Origin: Kiritimatiella glycovorans
GTDB taxonomy: Bacteria; Verrucomicrobiota; Kiritimatiellia; Kiritimatiellales; Kiritimatiellaceae
Direction of reading: 5' to 3'
Length of the DNA stretch: 32,000 nt
NCBI RefSeq assembly: GCF_001017655.1
Contig: NZ_CP010904.1
Span: 930,001 to 962,000 of the forward strand
A program made the translations under genes and the position numbers. Below are positions 7,770-16,591 of this stretch, piece by piece. Numbering within the stretch: the first letter of the stretch is position 1; each line of letters starts with the position of its first letter. The notes beneath the pieces were generated by a model. That model had not been told where the DNA came from. It saw only the letters and a list, made by a program, of their open reading frames with translations, and searched no databases.

Positions 7770-8666
7770 ATGAATTCAATCAACCGCAGAGATTTTGTGA
7801 GATCGGGAGCGATGGGCGCCGTCACTCTGGGCGCGCTCCGGGCGCGCGCGGCGCAGAAAGCCGAGGTCTGGGTGATCGAAGGGGGCGATCCCGATGCGCT
7901 GATGACCCGCTGCCTGAAGGTGATGGACGAGCAGAACGGTTTTGCTCCGGGCACCGGATCACTGGCGCTGAAGGTGAACGCCGCCTGGGCCCGTAAACCC
8001 GAGGTCGGCGCCAACACGCATCCCGCGCTGGTCTCGCGTTTTCTCGCCGGCTGTCGCGAACGCGGTGTGCGCGAGGTGACCGTGCCCGAGCACCCCTGTA
8101 ACCGCGCGGAACAGGCCTTCGACCGCAGCGGGATCCGCGACGCCGTCCGGGAGCGCAATTTCCGGATGATCGACCTCAAGACGCGGACGAAGAGTTTCAG
8201 GCAGGTCGAGGTCCCCGGGGGGCAGGTGCTCAAGGACGTGGAGATCGCCGGCGAATACCTGGATGCCGACATGGTGGTGAATATGCCGGTGGTGAAGAAT
8301 CACAGCGCGACGACCATGTCTTCGGCGCTGAAAAACTGGATGGGTGTGATCCGCCAGCGCCGCATCTGGCACGTCAAGGGCCTGCACGAGTGCATCGCCG
8401 ACTTCGCCGGCGTGATGAGCGCGGACTGGACCATCATTGATGCCACCCGGGTCATGCTCGCGCACGGCCCGCAGGGACCTTCTCAGAACATGAAACGGCC
8501 CGGCCGGTTGATCGTATCCCGCGATCAGGTGGCGGCGGACGCCGTGGCGTCCCGTTTTCTCGTGAAACACCCCGGCGAGATCGGGTATCTTCGGATGGCC
8601 GCGGAGCGCGGACTGGGCGTCATGGATCCGGAGCGGATCGACGTCCACTCGCTCCGGGCGGCATGA
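7770..8666 (+). CDS. DUF362-domain protein with a twin-arginine (Tat) signal peptide
   Basis: N-terminal NRRDFVRSGAMGAVTLGALRARAA is Tat-like. The body has LKVN, NMPVVKNH and IIDATRV segments typical of DUF362. SD GAGGGGAGGGG lies upstream. Confidence 0.75.
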   Translation: MNSINRRDFVRSGAMGAVTLGALRARAAQKAEVWVIEGGDPDALMTRCLKVMDEQNGFAPGTGSLALKVNAAWARKPEVGANTHPALVSRFLAGCRERGVREVTVPEHPCNRAEQAFDRSGIRDAVRERNFRMIDLKTRTKSFRQVEVPGGQVLKDVEIAGEYLDADMVVNMPVVKNHSATTMSSALKNWMGVIRQRRIWHVKGLHECIADFAGVMSADWTIIDATRVMLAHGPQGPSQNMKRPGRLIVSRDQVAADAVASRFLVKHPGEIGYLRMAAERGLGVMDPERIDVHSLRAA

Positions 8667-8734
8667 CCTGAGGCCGGCGCCGACAGGTGCAAGGACGGTG
8701 ATCCGCGACGTGACAGGTGCAGGCGGGGGGAAGG

Positions 8735-9973
8735 ATGCCGATAAGTAAGTCCGGTATGATCCGTTGGGCGGTTCGACTCGTGCTGCTGGTCGTGGCCCTG
8801 TTGCTGGTGCTGGGCGGCCCGCTTCCCGACGTGATGGCGAAGGCGGTCCCTGCGCTCAGCCCGCTCGCCGTGCTCTCGGCGTCGATCGCCCACCGCGGCT
8901 GGTACGCGAACCTGCTCTGGACGGCGCCTGCGCTGCTGGTGCTGGTGTCGGCGCTGTGGAAAGGACGCTGGTTCTGCCGCTGGATATGCCCGCTGGGCAC
9001 GGTGATCTCGGTCCCTTCGCAGGTAAGCTTCCGCCGGCGTCTGCTGAGAAAAAGGATCAACGGCACGTTCTTCTGGTTCATCGTGGGCGCTTCCGCGGCC
9101 GGTTTGCCGCTGCTGCTCTTCCTCGATCCGCTCTCGACGTTTACCCGACTGGGAGTGCTTGCAGGGCGTAACACGGACCCGTGGGGATGGATCGCCGGCG
9201 CGCTGATTCCGGCGGTGATGCTGCTCGCACTGATCCAGCCGCAGGTGTGGTGCACGCACCTGTGTCCCCTCGGTTATTTCCTGGAGACCGTTCGTGTGCG
9301 GGGCGCGCGCCGCCGCTTTCAGCAGGGACGCCGCGACGTGCTGCGCGGGCTCCTGCTGGGCGTTCCCGCGGCATTCCTCGTGCGCCGTTTCGCGAAGGCG
9401 ACCGGAAACGAGCGGCCCGTGATGCCCCCCGGCGCGAAGGGAACGGATAATTTCGCCGCCACCTGTGAGCGCTGTTATGCCTGCGTGGAAATCTGTCCGA
9501 CCCGCGTGATCCGCATCCGGCAGCGGACGGCGGGCATCGCGGAGTGGTACCTGCCCGAGATGGACTTCAATACGAGCTACTGCGAGGAGTTCTGCAACAA
9601 GTGCACGCAGGTCTGTCCCACCGGCGCGCTGCGCCCGCTGACGGAAGAACAGAAACGGATGCGCAAGATCGGAACCGCCCGCGTGATCCGGGAACAGTGC
9701 CTGGGCTGGGCGGAACAGAAGCACTGCATGCTGTGCGACGAGTTCTGTCCGTACAACGCCGTGCTCGTCCGCAAAGGGAAGAACGACGTGCCGAAGCCGG
9801 TGGTCGACCCCGACGTGTGCCGCGGCTGCGGGGCCTGCCAGAACGTATGTCCCGTGGAAGGCAAAGCCATCGTGATCGACCCGACCGGACTGCAGGGCAT
9901 CGCGAAAGAATACACCGAGGTTACCGGAAAACAGCGCCGGCGGCGCGACCGCAACGGCGGCCGGCGCAACTGA
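8735..9973 (+). CDS. Membrane-anchored polyferredoxin (NapH/MauN-like 4Fe-4S binding protein)
   Basis: The N-terminal half is hydrophobic and carries CRWICPLGT and CTHLCPLGYF motifs. The C-terminal half carries ferredoxin-type Cys clusters with CxxCxxCxxxCP-like spacing (CERCYACVEICP, CNKCTQVCP, CMLCDEFCP, CRGCGACQNVCP). I prefer the ATG start at 8735 (G-rich SD upstream) over GTG 8717. Confidence 0.75.
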   Translation: MPISKSGMIRWAVRLVLLVVALLLVLGGPLPDVMAKAVPALSPLAVLSASIAHRGWYANLLWTAPALLVLVSALWKGRWFCRWICPLGTVISVPSQVSFRRRLLRKRINGTFFWFIVGASAAGLPLLLFLDPLSTFTRLGVLAGRNTDPWGWIAGALIPAVMLLALIQPQVWCTHLCPLGYFLETVRVRGARRRFQQGRRDVLRGLLLGVPAAFLVRRFAKATGNERPVMPPGAKGTDNFAATCERCYACVEICPTRVIRIRQRTAGIAEWYLPEMDFNTSYCEEFCNKCTQVCPTGALRPLTEEQKRMRKIGTARVIREQCLGWAEQKHCMLCDEFCPYNAVLVRKGKNDVPKPVVDPDVCRGCGACQNVCPVEGKAIVIDPTGLQGIAKEYTEVTGKQRRRRDRNGGRRN

Positions 9974-9986
9974 GCGTTTCGGACTT

Positions 9987-10337
9987 ATGCTGACGATCCT
10001 GTACGACGGTCAATGCCCGATCTGCCGCGCCGCGGTGCGGCGGCTGCAGCGCCGCGACCATGACGCGGCGCTCTCGTACATCAACATACGCGACGAAGTC
10101 TTCGACGCGGCGGACTGGGGGCTGCGGAAGCGCGATGTGGAGTCCGTGCTTCATGCGGTCGGGCCGCAGGGGCGAGTCTGGCGCGGATTCGACGCCGTGC
10201 GCGAGGCGGGCCGGGCTACGGGGGCCCGCTGGGTGGCCCTGAGTGAGCTTCCGGTCTTGAGGTCGTTTTGTGAAATGCTGTACCGTCTCGCTCTTCTGTT
10301 GCGGTCGCGGCTGACCGCGGAAGAGGGGCGGGAGTGA
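9987..10337 (+). CDS. DCC-family thiol-disulfide oxidoreductase (DUF393)
   Basis: N-terminal ILYDGQCPICR CxxC motif, and a size of 116 aa. Confidence 0.75.
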   Translation: MLTILYDGQCPICRAAVRRLQRRDHDAALSYINIRDEVFDAADWGLRKRDVESVLHAVGPQGRVWRGFDAVREAGRATGARWVALSELPVLRSFCEMLYRLALLLRSRLTAEEGRE

Positions 10338-11626
10338 ACGACGCGGAACGTAAAGCGGTTTACCGGACGATTATCATTGCACAGTGCATGGGCATGCTCG
10401 GTCTGGTGCTTTTCCAGAACGGCTTCATGCTGAATTACTTCTCCAAACTAAGCCTTTCGAGTGCAGACATCGCGCTCGTCCTCGCTCTCCCGCCTTTCGT
10501 GAATATGCTCGTGATGCTGCCGTCCGCGTACATGTCGGATCTGCACGGTAAAAAGCGCCTCGGCGTCATCGGCGGCATTCTCATGCAGTTCGGATTTCTC
10601 TCGCTGCTTGTGCCGGGACTACGGGATGCAGTCCATGCCAAAGGACTCGTTTTCTCCGGGGTGGTCGTGTTCAGCCTGGGTAATGCACTGGGCGGATCGA
10701 GCTGGTTTGCGCTGCTCAGTCCGCTGGTCCCCGAACACATACGCGGCCGTTTCTTCGGACGCCTGCGCGTGACGTTTCAGACGGTCACCATCCTGTTCAC
10801 GATGCTCGTGACCTGGCTGCTGGACCGCCACGACGACCTCTGGATGTTCTGCGGCATCATCCTCGTCGCCTGGGTCGCGGTTCTGAGCCGACTGTTCTTC
10901 TATATCCGCATCCCCGAAGTCGAGCCTGCGGGCCGCAGGGAGCGCCATTTTCTCGATGCGCTGCGCAAGGTCATAGCCGTTCCCGGGTTCCTGCCCTTCA
11001 CCTGTTATGCCTTTCTGGTCGCGCTGTTTACCGCGGGCGGCCCTCTGATTTTCGCGCTTCTCGAAAAAGACGTGCTGGCGTTTAAACCGGCCACGATCAC
11101 GCTGATGGGTACGCTGCTCATGATCGGCATAACCGCCGGCTGCTTTCTCGGCGGAAGGATGGTGGATCGCCTGGGCACGCGCACGGTTTTTGTGCTCTGT
11201 CATTTCGCGTATGCGCTTTTTTTCCTCCTGTTCGCTGCACGAGGATTTTTCGCACTGCCGCTCACGTTGTATATCGGGGCGCTAACCCTCGGTTATGGCG
11301 TGGTCGGAGGAAGTGCGGGGATCGCGACCTCCTCGGAACTGCTTGCGCTGATCCCCTCCGAAAACAAATCGCTGGCGTGTTCGTTCAATATGACCCTGAT
11401 CAGCGCCGGTTGTGCCCTGCCGGGCATACTGGTCTCACGGCTTTTGGACTGGGAGGTGCTGAGCGAAAGCTGGATGCTGGCGGGGCAAAGCCTGAGTCCG
11501 TACGACACAATGCTCATCGCCAGCGGAGTGATGATGACCCTGCTGCTGGTCACGCTCGGACTCATCCCCTCCGTCATCCACAAAGTGGGTCTCTACCCGG
11601 CCGCATCCTCATGGAATCGGGTATAG
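10334..11626 (+). CDS. MFS transporter
   Basis: 430 aa with about 12 hydrophobic segments and an MFS-like loop, SDLHGKKRLG. The GTG start overlaps the upstream stop (GTGA). Confidence 0.8.
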   Translation: MNDAERKAVYRTIIIAQCMGMLGLVLFQNGFMLNYFSKLSLSSADIALVLALPPFVNMLVMLPSAYMSDLHGKKRLGVIGGILMQFGFLSLLVPGLRDAVHAKGLVFSGVVVFSLGNALGGSSWFALLSPLVPEHIRGRFFGRLRVTFQTVTILFTMLVTWLLDRHDDLWMFCGIILVAWVAVLSRLFFYIRIPEVEPAGRRERHFLDALRKVIAVPGFLPFTCYAFLVALFTAGGPLIFALLEKDVLAFKPATITLMGTLLMIGITAGCFLGGRMVDRLGTRTVFVLCHFAYALFFLLFAARGFFALPLTLYIGALTLGYGVVGGSAGIATSSELLALIPSENKSLACSFNMTLISAGCALPGILVSRLLDWEVLSESWMLAGQSLSPYDTMLIASGVMMTLLLVTLGLIPSVIHKVGLYPAASSWNRV

Positions 11627-11692
11627 CTTTCGGAGCGGCGAGCGGAAGTGCGTAGGCCCCCGAGTTCCACCTTGGGACACCCAGAGAAATAT

Positions 11693-11826
11693 CGTAATCG
11701 TACTCAGCGAAGCGGTACACGTACTCGATTTATTGAATGGGAAAAAGGATCGCGCCTTCGGCGCTCCAAGCACGCGTACGCGTACGAATCATGTTCTCTG
11801 TGGTGATCCCCACAAACCCCTTACCA
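11693..11826 (-). repeat. Dispersed structured intergenic repeat, copy 1 (inverted relative to copies 2-4)
   Basis: The reverse complement aligns along its length with 19809-19967. Shared parts are a G-rich box plus hairpin, ATTCGTAC..GCGTAC arms, the core GCGCCGAAGGCGCGATCC, and the right arm TCGAGTACG.GTACCGCTTCGCTGAGTACGA. Confidence 0.6.
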
Positions 11827-11898
11827 CAACTCTTTCCGCATCCCACTCTTGCCTCCCACCGCTCCCCGAACGACTTCCCGCAAAAATCTACGAAGAAC

Positions 11899-11930
11899 CA
11901 AAATAAAACGCCGCTCCGGAAGAAGCGGCG
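11899..11930 (-). terminator. Rho-independent terminator of the PEP-CTERM gene
   Basis: The minus strand reads CGCCGCT-tcttccgg-AGCGGCG followed by TTTTATTTT, starting 24 nt after the stop codon. Confidence 0.6.
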
Positions 11931-11953
11931 TGCGGACGGGCGGGGGGGCGGAA

Positions 11954-12709
11954 TCAGCGTCGTTGCCGACATCGACGCAGCGCCAGCAGCGCGGTCGCTG
12001 CCGTAAGGCACAGGCCGGCCGAGGCCGGTTCGGGCACGGCGCCCGTGAAGCGTATGTCGTCGAAATAGGCGAGTTCGCTGCCCGCGTTCGAGTCGAAGGC
12101 GAACCGGAGCGAGACCGCGGAATCATCGAGCCCGGCGTCGCGGACCGCGCTCAGCCCGGTCGTCGCCGTCTGCCACGCATCCCCTCTGGCCTCCAGTTCC
12201 GCTTCGCCCCAGTCCACGAGCACCAGGCTGGCGGTACCATCCGTGAGGTCGATCCGCAGGCGGTCGTCCGACTCGTACCCGGTGGACGCCGCGTAGAAGC
12301 GGCAGGTCACGCCGCCCGTCACAAAGCCCGAAAAGTCGACCGGGTCGAGCGTCACCTCCATGGTCCCGTCGGTGTCGCTGATCACAAACCCCTGATCTCC
12401 CTCGGCGAAGCCGCCGCCGGGGCCCGAAGACGTCACGCCGACCTCGTCGCCGTCGGTCAGCCCCACGCTGTCGCGCGTATTCAGGTACCGGGACGTGAAG
12501 CCGAGTTCGGGATCCAGCGCCGGACTGTTCACGACGGGCTCGTCGGCGTGAGTCTCAAGGGCGTGGTCGGTCAGGGGGTCGCCGGTGTCGATGTACGAAC
12601 CGCCGACGGCGACGGGTTCTTCGAATCCGGTGCGGGCGATGAGGGCGCCCGGGGCGGCGGAGGCCGCCGCAAGCACGGGCAGAATAAACGCGATGATACG
12701 ATGAGTCAT
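11954..12709 (-). CDS. Secreted acidic protein with a C-terminal PEP-CTERM sorting domain
   Basis: N-terminal signal peptide (IIAFILPVLAAASAAPG) and C-terminal VPEPASAGLCLTAATALLALRRCRQRR. Start is set at ATG 12709, 6 nt after GGAGGA, rather than 12721. Confidence 0.8.
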   Translation of the reverse strand: MTHRIIAFILPVLAAASAAPGALIARTGFEEPVAVGGSYIDTGDPLTDHALETHADEPVVNSPALDPELGFTSRYLNTRDSVGLTDGDEVGVTSSGPGGGFAEGDQGFVISDTDGTMEVTLDPVDFSGFVTGGVTCRFYAASTGYESDDRLRIDLTDGTASLVLVDWGEAELEARGDAWQTATTGLSAVRDAGLDDSAVSLRFAFDSNAGSELAYFDDIRFTGAVPEPASAGLCLTAATALLALRRCRQRR

Positions 12710-12957
12710 GGGTTCCTCCATGGTTGAGTGAAAGGTAAGGTTCAGAAACGCAGAGCGCCCGTCCGCGCGTCGCCGTCCATCAGGAAGTTCAGAGGTAAAA
12801 TCCGCATGAGCAGCCGGTTAAAACAGCGTTAGAAATAAGCGTAAACGCTTGCACGGCAAATGATTAACATGACAGCAAATCGGGATCGCGGGGAGAGAAT
12901 CGAATGAACCATGAAGGACATGAAGGGCATCAAGCTTGATTGAGGGAGGCGAACATA

Positions 12958-12999
12958 ATTCATGCTCGTACTCGAAGCGTCGAGGGCGCGATCCTTTTT
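12958..12999 (+). repeat. Dispersed structured intergenic repeat, copy 2 (truncated; core only)
   Basis: ATTCATGCTCGTACTCGAAGCGTCGAGGGCGCGATCCTTTTT. The core hairpin is kept as GCGTC-gag-GGCGC with one G-U pair, and there is no right arm. Confidence 0.5.
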
Positions 13000-13115
13000 A
13001 CGATCCAGAGCGGGCGTCGGGCAGGAAAAGTCTTTCGCGCGGCCCCGAGAATGAATAAGGTCGTGCCGTTGTGCGCGAACATTCCGATACGCAACGCGAA
13101 ACAGAAAGGGCGGCC

Positions 13116-13577
13116 ATGCAATTCAGAGAGATCAAGAAGATCGTGGAGCTGATGAAGGATCACGACCTCTCCGAGTTCGAGCTCGAACAGGAGGGCGAGC
13201 GGCTCTCGATCAGCCGCGGGTCCGGATATCAGCCTCAGATGATGCACGCACCGGTCGCGTCCGCACCGCCGCCTGCGCCGCCGCCGATGCCGTCCGCGGA
13301 GGGCGGGGAGCCGGACGGCGACCGGCAGGACGAGGGTCTGGCGGAAATCACGTCTCCGATCGTGGGGACCTTCTACCGCTCGCCGTCGCCGGATGCCGAA
13401 TCGTACGTCACGGTCGGCGACGAGGTCGCGGAGGACAGCGTCGTGTGCATTGTCGAAGCGATGAAGGTCATGAACGAGATCAAGGCCGAGGTTCGCGGAA
13501 AGATTCGCAAGGTGCTGGTGGACGACGCCAGTCCCGTCCAGTACGGCCAGCCGCTGTTCCTGGTGGAGAGCGCCTGA
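13116..13577 (+). CDS. accB: Acetyl-CoA carboxylase biotin carboxyl carrier protein
   Basis: N-terminal [13 protein letters not shown], a Pro/Ala linker, and the biotinylation motif EAMKVMNEI in the C-terminal lipoyl-like domain. Start is set at ATG 13116. Confidence 0.9.
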   Translation: MQFREIKKIVELMKDHDLSEFELEQEGERLSISRGSGYQPQMMHAPVASAPPPAPPPMPSAEGGEPDGDRQDEGLAEITSPIVGTFYRSPSPDAESYVTVGDEVAEDSVVCIVEAMKVMNEIKAEVRGKIRKVLVDDASPVQYGQPLFLVESA

Positions 13578-13611
13578 GGAACCGCAAGACTTCAGCGAAA
13601 GGGAACGGGGC

Positions 13612-14976
13612 ATGTTTGAGAAAGTGCTGGTGGCCAACCGGGGCGAGATCGCGATCCGCATCATCCGCGCCTGTCGCGAGCTGGGGATGCATTCGGTGGC
13701 GGTGTTCTCCGAGGCCGACCGGGATGCGCTGCATGTCGAACTGGCCGACGAGGCGATCTGCATCGGGCCGCCGCCGGCGTCGGAGAGCTACCTGAAAATC
13801 GCCAATGTGATCAGTGCCGCCGAGGTGGCGGACGTCGACGCGATTCATCCCGGCTACGGGTTTCTCGCGGAAAATGCCCACTTCGCGGAGATCTGCGAGA
13901 ACTGCAACATCTGTTTTATCGGTCCCTCGGCGGACAATATCCGGCGTATGGGCGACAAGGCCGCGGCGCGTGAAACCATGAAGGAGGCCGGCGTGCCGGT
14001 CACGCCCGGCAGCGACGGGGTGTTGCGCGATCAGGACGAGGCACTCGAGCTGGCGCGCGCGATGGGCTACCCGGTGCTGATCAAGGCGGTCGCCGGCGGC
14101 GGCGGGAAAGGAATGCGGGTGGCGCACAACGACGTGAGCCTCGTCCAGGGATACCTGACGGCGGGCAGCGAGGCGGAGCGGTCGTTCGGCAACCCCGACC
14201 TGTACATGGAGAAGTACGTCGAGCGCGCGCGCCATATCGAAGTCCAGGTGATCGGCGACCGCCACGGCGGCGTGGTGCACCTCGGCGAGCGCGACTGCAG
14301 CATCCAGCGCCGCCACCAGAAACTGGTGGAGGAGGCGCCGTCGCCCGCGCTGACGCCCGAGCAGCGGCGCGAACTGGGCGCGGCGGCGGTGCGCGCCGCG
14401 CAGTTCACGGGCTACAGCAGCGCGGGAACGCTCGAATTCCTCTACGACGAGGCGGCGAAGGAATTCTACTTTATGGAGATGAACACGCGCATCCAGGTGG
14501 AACATCCCGTGACCGAACAGGTGACCGGCGTGGACATCATCAAGGAGCAGATCCGCGTGGCCACCGGCGAGCCGCTTTCCTTCTCACAGGAGGAGGTCCG
14601 CATCGAGGGCCATTCGATCGAGTTCCGGGTGAACGCGGAAGATCCGCAGCGCAACTTCAGCCCGTCGCCCGGAAGAATCGAGTGGCTCCACTTCCCCGGA
14701 GGGCCCGGAGTGCGCATCGATTCGCAGGCGTACGCCGGCGCGGATATTCCGCCGTACTACGACAGCATGATCGCCAAGCTGATCGTGGACGGCCGCGACC
14801 GCGAGGAGGCGATCGCGCGTATGCGCCGGGCGATGGACGAATTCACGGTCGACGGCCTGGCCACGACCCTGCCGCTCGGTCTGCGCCTGATGGCCGATCC
14901 CAGATTCCAGCGCGGCGAATATCACACCGGGTTTCTGGAACGTTTTCTCGAAGACAGTCTGCCACCGGAGGAATGA
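13612..14976 (+). CDS. accC: Acetyl-CoA carboxylase biotin carboxylase subunit
   Basis: [21 protein letters not shown], the GGGGKGM glycine loop, [14 protein letters not shown] and FRVNAEDP. These are textbook AccC motifs. Confidence 0.95.
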   Translation: MFEKVLVANRGEIAIRIIRACRELGMHSVAVFSEADRDALHVELADEAICIGPPPASESYLKIANVISAAEVADVDAIHPGYGFLAENAHFAEICENCNICFIGPSADNIRRMGDKAAARETMKEAGVPVTPGSDGVLRDQDEALELARAMGYPVLIKAVAGGGGKGMRVAHNDVSLVQGYLTAGSEAERSFGNPDLYMEKYVERARHIEVQVIGDRHGGVVHLGERDCSIQRRHQKLVEEAPSPALTPEQRRELGAAAVRAAQFTGYSSAGTLEFLYDEAAKEFYFMEMNTRIQVEHPVTEQVTGVDIIKEQIRVATGEPLSFSQEEVRIEGHSIEFRVNAEDPQRNFSPSPGRIEWLHFPGGPGVRIDSQAYAGADIPPYYDSMIAKLIVDGRDREEAIARMRRAMDEFTVDGLATTLPLGLRLMADPRFQRGEYHTGFLERFLEDSLPPEE

Positions 14977-14986
14977 GGAGGTAACG

Positions 14987-15433
14987 ATGAACGAAGAACA
15001 GCGGGCGGTAAGCCCGAACAACGACGAATACGCCATGCTCGGCGAGGAGACCATCGATGAGTCGTCCTCGCTCGGCTCGGTGTGTATCCATAACGACGTC
15101 ATCGCCGTGATCGCGAGCGAGGCGGCCTCGCGCGTCGAGGGCGTGGAGGAACTTCCCGGCGATATCCTCGACGGGATCGCGGGCATGATCGGACGCCGCA
15201 ACCCCGACCGGGGTATCCAGGTGACCGTGGAAGGCGAAACGGTGACGATCGATATCACGGTGATCCTGGCCCACGGCGTGAAAATTCCGCAGGTGTCCTG
15301 GGAACTGCAGGAGAGCGTACGGGATGCGGTGCAGGAGATGACCGGTAAAGTGGTCAAGGCCGTGAACGTGATCGTGCAGGGCATCCGGATTCCGGGCCGC
15401 GAAAAACCGTCGTCCGGCGAAGCCGGGGAGTAA
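14987..15433 (+). CDS. Asp23/Gls24-family envelope stress protein
   Basis: The segment IHNDVIAVIASEAASRVEGV and the later VNVIVQGI are typical of Asp23. SD GAGGAGG lies upstream. Confidence 0.8.
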   Translation: MNEEQRAVSPNNDEYAMLGEETIDESSSLGSVCIHNDVIAVIASEAASRVEGVEELPGDILDGIAGMIGRRNPDRGIQVTVEGETVTIDITVILAHGVKIPQVSWELQESVRDAVQEMTGKVVKAVNVIVQGIRIPGREKPSSGEAGE

Positions 15434-15435
15434 CC

Positions 15436-16020
15436 ATGAAAACCTTCTGTCGTTCCGCGGCGAGCTTCCTGATGTGCGCCGCCCTGCTGGCGACCGGGGT
15501 GTGGCTGATCCTCTATCACGGCTATGGCGTGGAACTCGCCTGCATGCCGGCGCAGTGGATCGAGATGACTCCGTTTCGCTGGCGGGCGCTGGGGGCGGTA
15601 CTGATCCTGCTGGTGATCGGGTACCTCTACGCGGGCGGTCGGGGCCGGCGCAGCCGCCGGTTCGTGTCGTTCGACACGGGCGAGGGTACGGTCTCGGTAA
15701 GCCTCGATGCCGTTCAGTCCTTCATCCGCAAAGTGGCCTCGGAATACCCGGCGGTCCTGAGACTCGATCCGTGGGTCTGCGGACATCGCCACGGCATCGA
15801 GGTCGATCTGCGTATGCGGGTGCGCAGCGGCGAGAAGATTCCCGAACTGTCCCGCAGGGTTCAGGACCGCGTCCGCAGCAGCCTGAGCCGCGATCTCGGA
15901 CTGGACCGCGTCCATAAGATGAAAGTGACGGTGCAGGAGATCGTCGGCGAACCGGCCCCGGGTCCGGAAGCCGGACGGTCCCCGGACATGAACGATGAAC
16001 TGGAACGCGATCAGGACTGA
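15436..16020 (+). CDS. AmaP-like membrane anchor protein (Asp23 partner)
   Basis: Two N-terminal TM segments followed by a soluble domain (EGTVSVSLDAVQSFIRKV). It lies immediately after the asp23 homologue, as in the asp23-amaP arrangement described in Firmicutes. Confidence 0.55.
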   Translation: MKTFCRSAASFLMCAALLATGVWLILYHGYGVELACMPAQWIEMTPFRWRALGAVLILLVIGYLYAGGRGRRSRRFVSFDTGEGTVSVSLDAVQSFIRKVASEYPAVLRLDPWVCGHRHGIEVDLRMRVRSGEKIPELSRRVQDRVRSSLSRDLGLDRVHKMKVTVQEIVGEPAPGPEAGRSPDMNDELERDQD

Positions 16021-16591
16021 CCACGCCGGCGTTGCGGACCATGTGTTCGGTCCGATGCGTCCGGCCGTCGAAACGGCGGCGGAGACGATGGTGTGCGCGC
16101 TGCGCGCCGGCGGCAAGATCCTGTGCTGCGGCAACGGCGGCAGCGCGGCGGACGCCCAGCATTTCGCCGCCGAGATCCTGAACCGGTTCGAAACCGATCA
16201 TGAGCCGTGGCCCGCGCTGGCCCTCACCACCGACAGCTCGGTACTGACCTCGATCGCGAACGATTACGACTACGCGGAGGTCTTCGGGAAGCAGGTCCGC
16301 GGCCTGGGACGACCGGGCGACGTGTTGCTGGCGATCTCGACCCGGGGTCATTCCGAATCCGTCGTGCGCGCCGCAAAGGCGGCGCGCGGCGCGGGGTTGA
16401 CTTCGATCGCGCTGACCGGCGCGGACGGCGGGACCCTGGCGGAGTATTGCGATCAGGCGCTGATTGTGAAATGTTCGCGCGTGACCGCCCGAATCCAGGA
16501 GGGGCACGCGATGATCGTCCACCTCCTGGCGGGCATCATTGAAGAACGTATGAGCGAAGAAAGGAGCGATCTTGGTACATCAAGGAGATAA
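15995..16591 (+). CDS. gmhA: SIS-domain sedoheptulose-7-phosphate isomerase (GmhA; DiaA-like not excluded)
   Basis: ILCCGNGGSAADAQHFAAE, TTDSSVLTSIANDY and AISTRGHSESV. Confidence 0.75.
   Translation: MNWNAIRTDHAGVADHVFGPMRPAVETAAETMVCALRAGGKILCCGNGGSAADAQHFAAEILNRFETDHEPWPALALTTDSSVLTSIANDYDYAEVFGKQVRGLGRPGDVLLAISTRGHSESVVRAAKAARGAGLTSIALTGADGGTLAEYCDQALIVKCSRVTARIQEGHAMIVHLLAGIIEERMSEERSDLGTSRR

Noticed and set aside
8525-9724. 399-aa minus-strand ORF, and the 229-aa ORF at 7959-8648
   Set aside because: They are antisense to the DUF362 and polyferredoxin genes and have an Arg/His/Gln-rich composition.
11849-12727. 292-aa plus-strand ORF
   Set aside because: It is antisense to the PEP-CTERM gene, which has a signal peptide, a sorting motif, an SD and a terminator. 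The product is Arg/Gly-rich.
14584-16134. 516-aa minus-strand ORF
   Set aside because: It is antisense to accC, asp23 and amaP and spans three well-supported genes.
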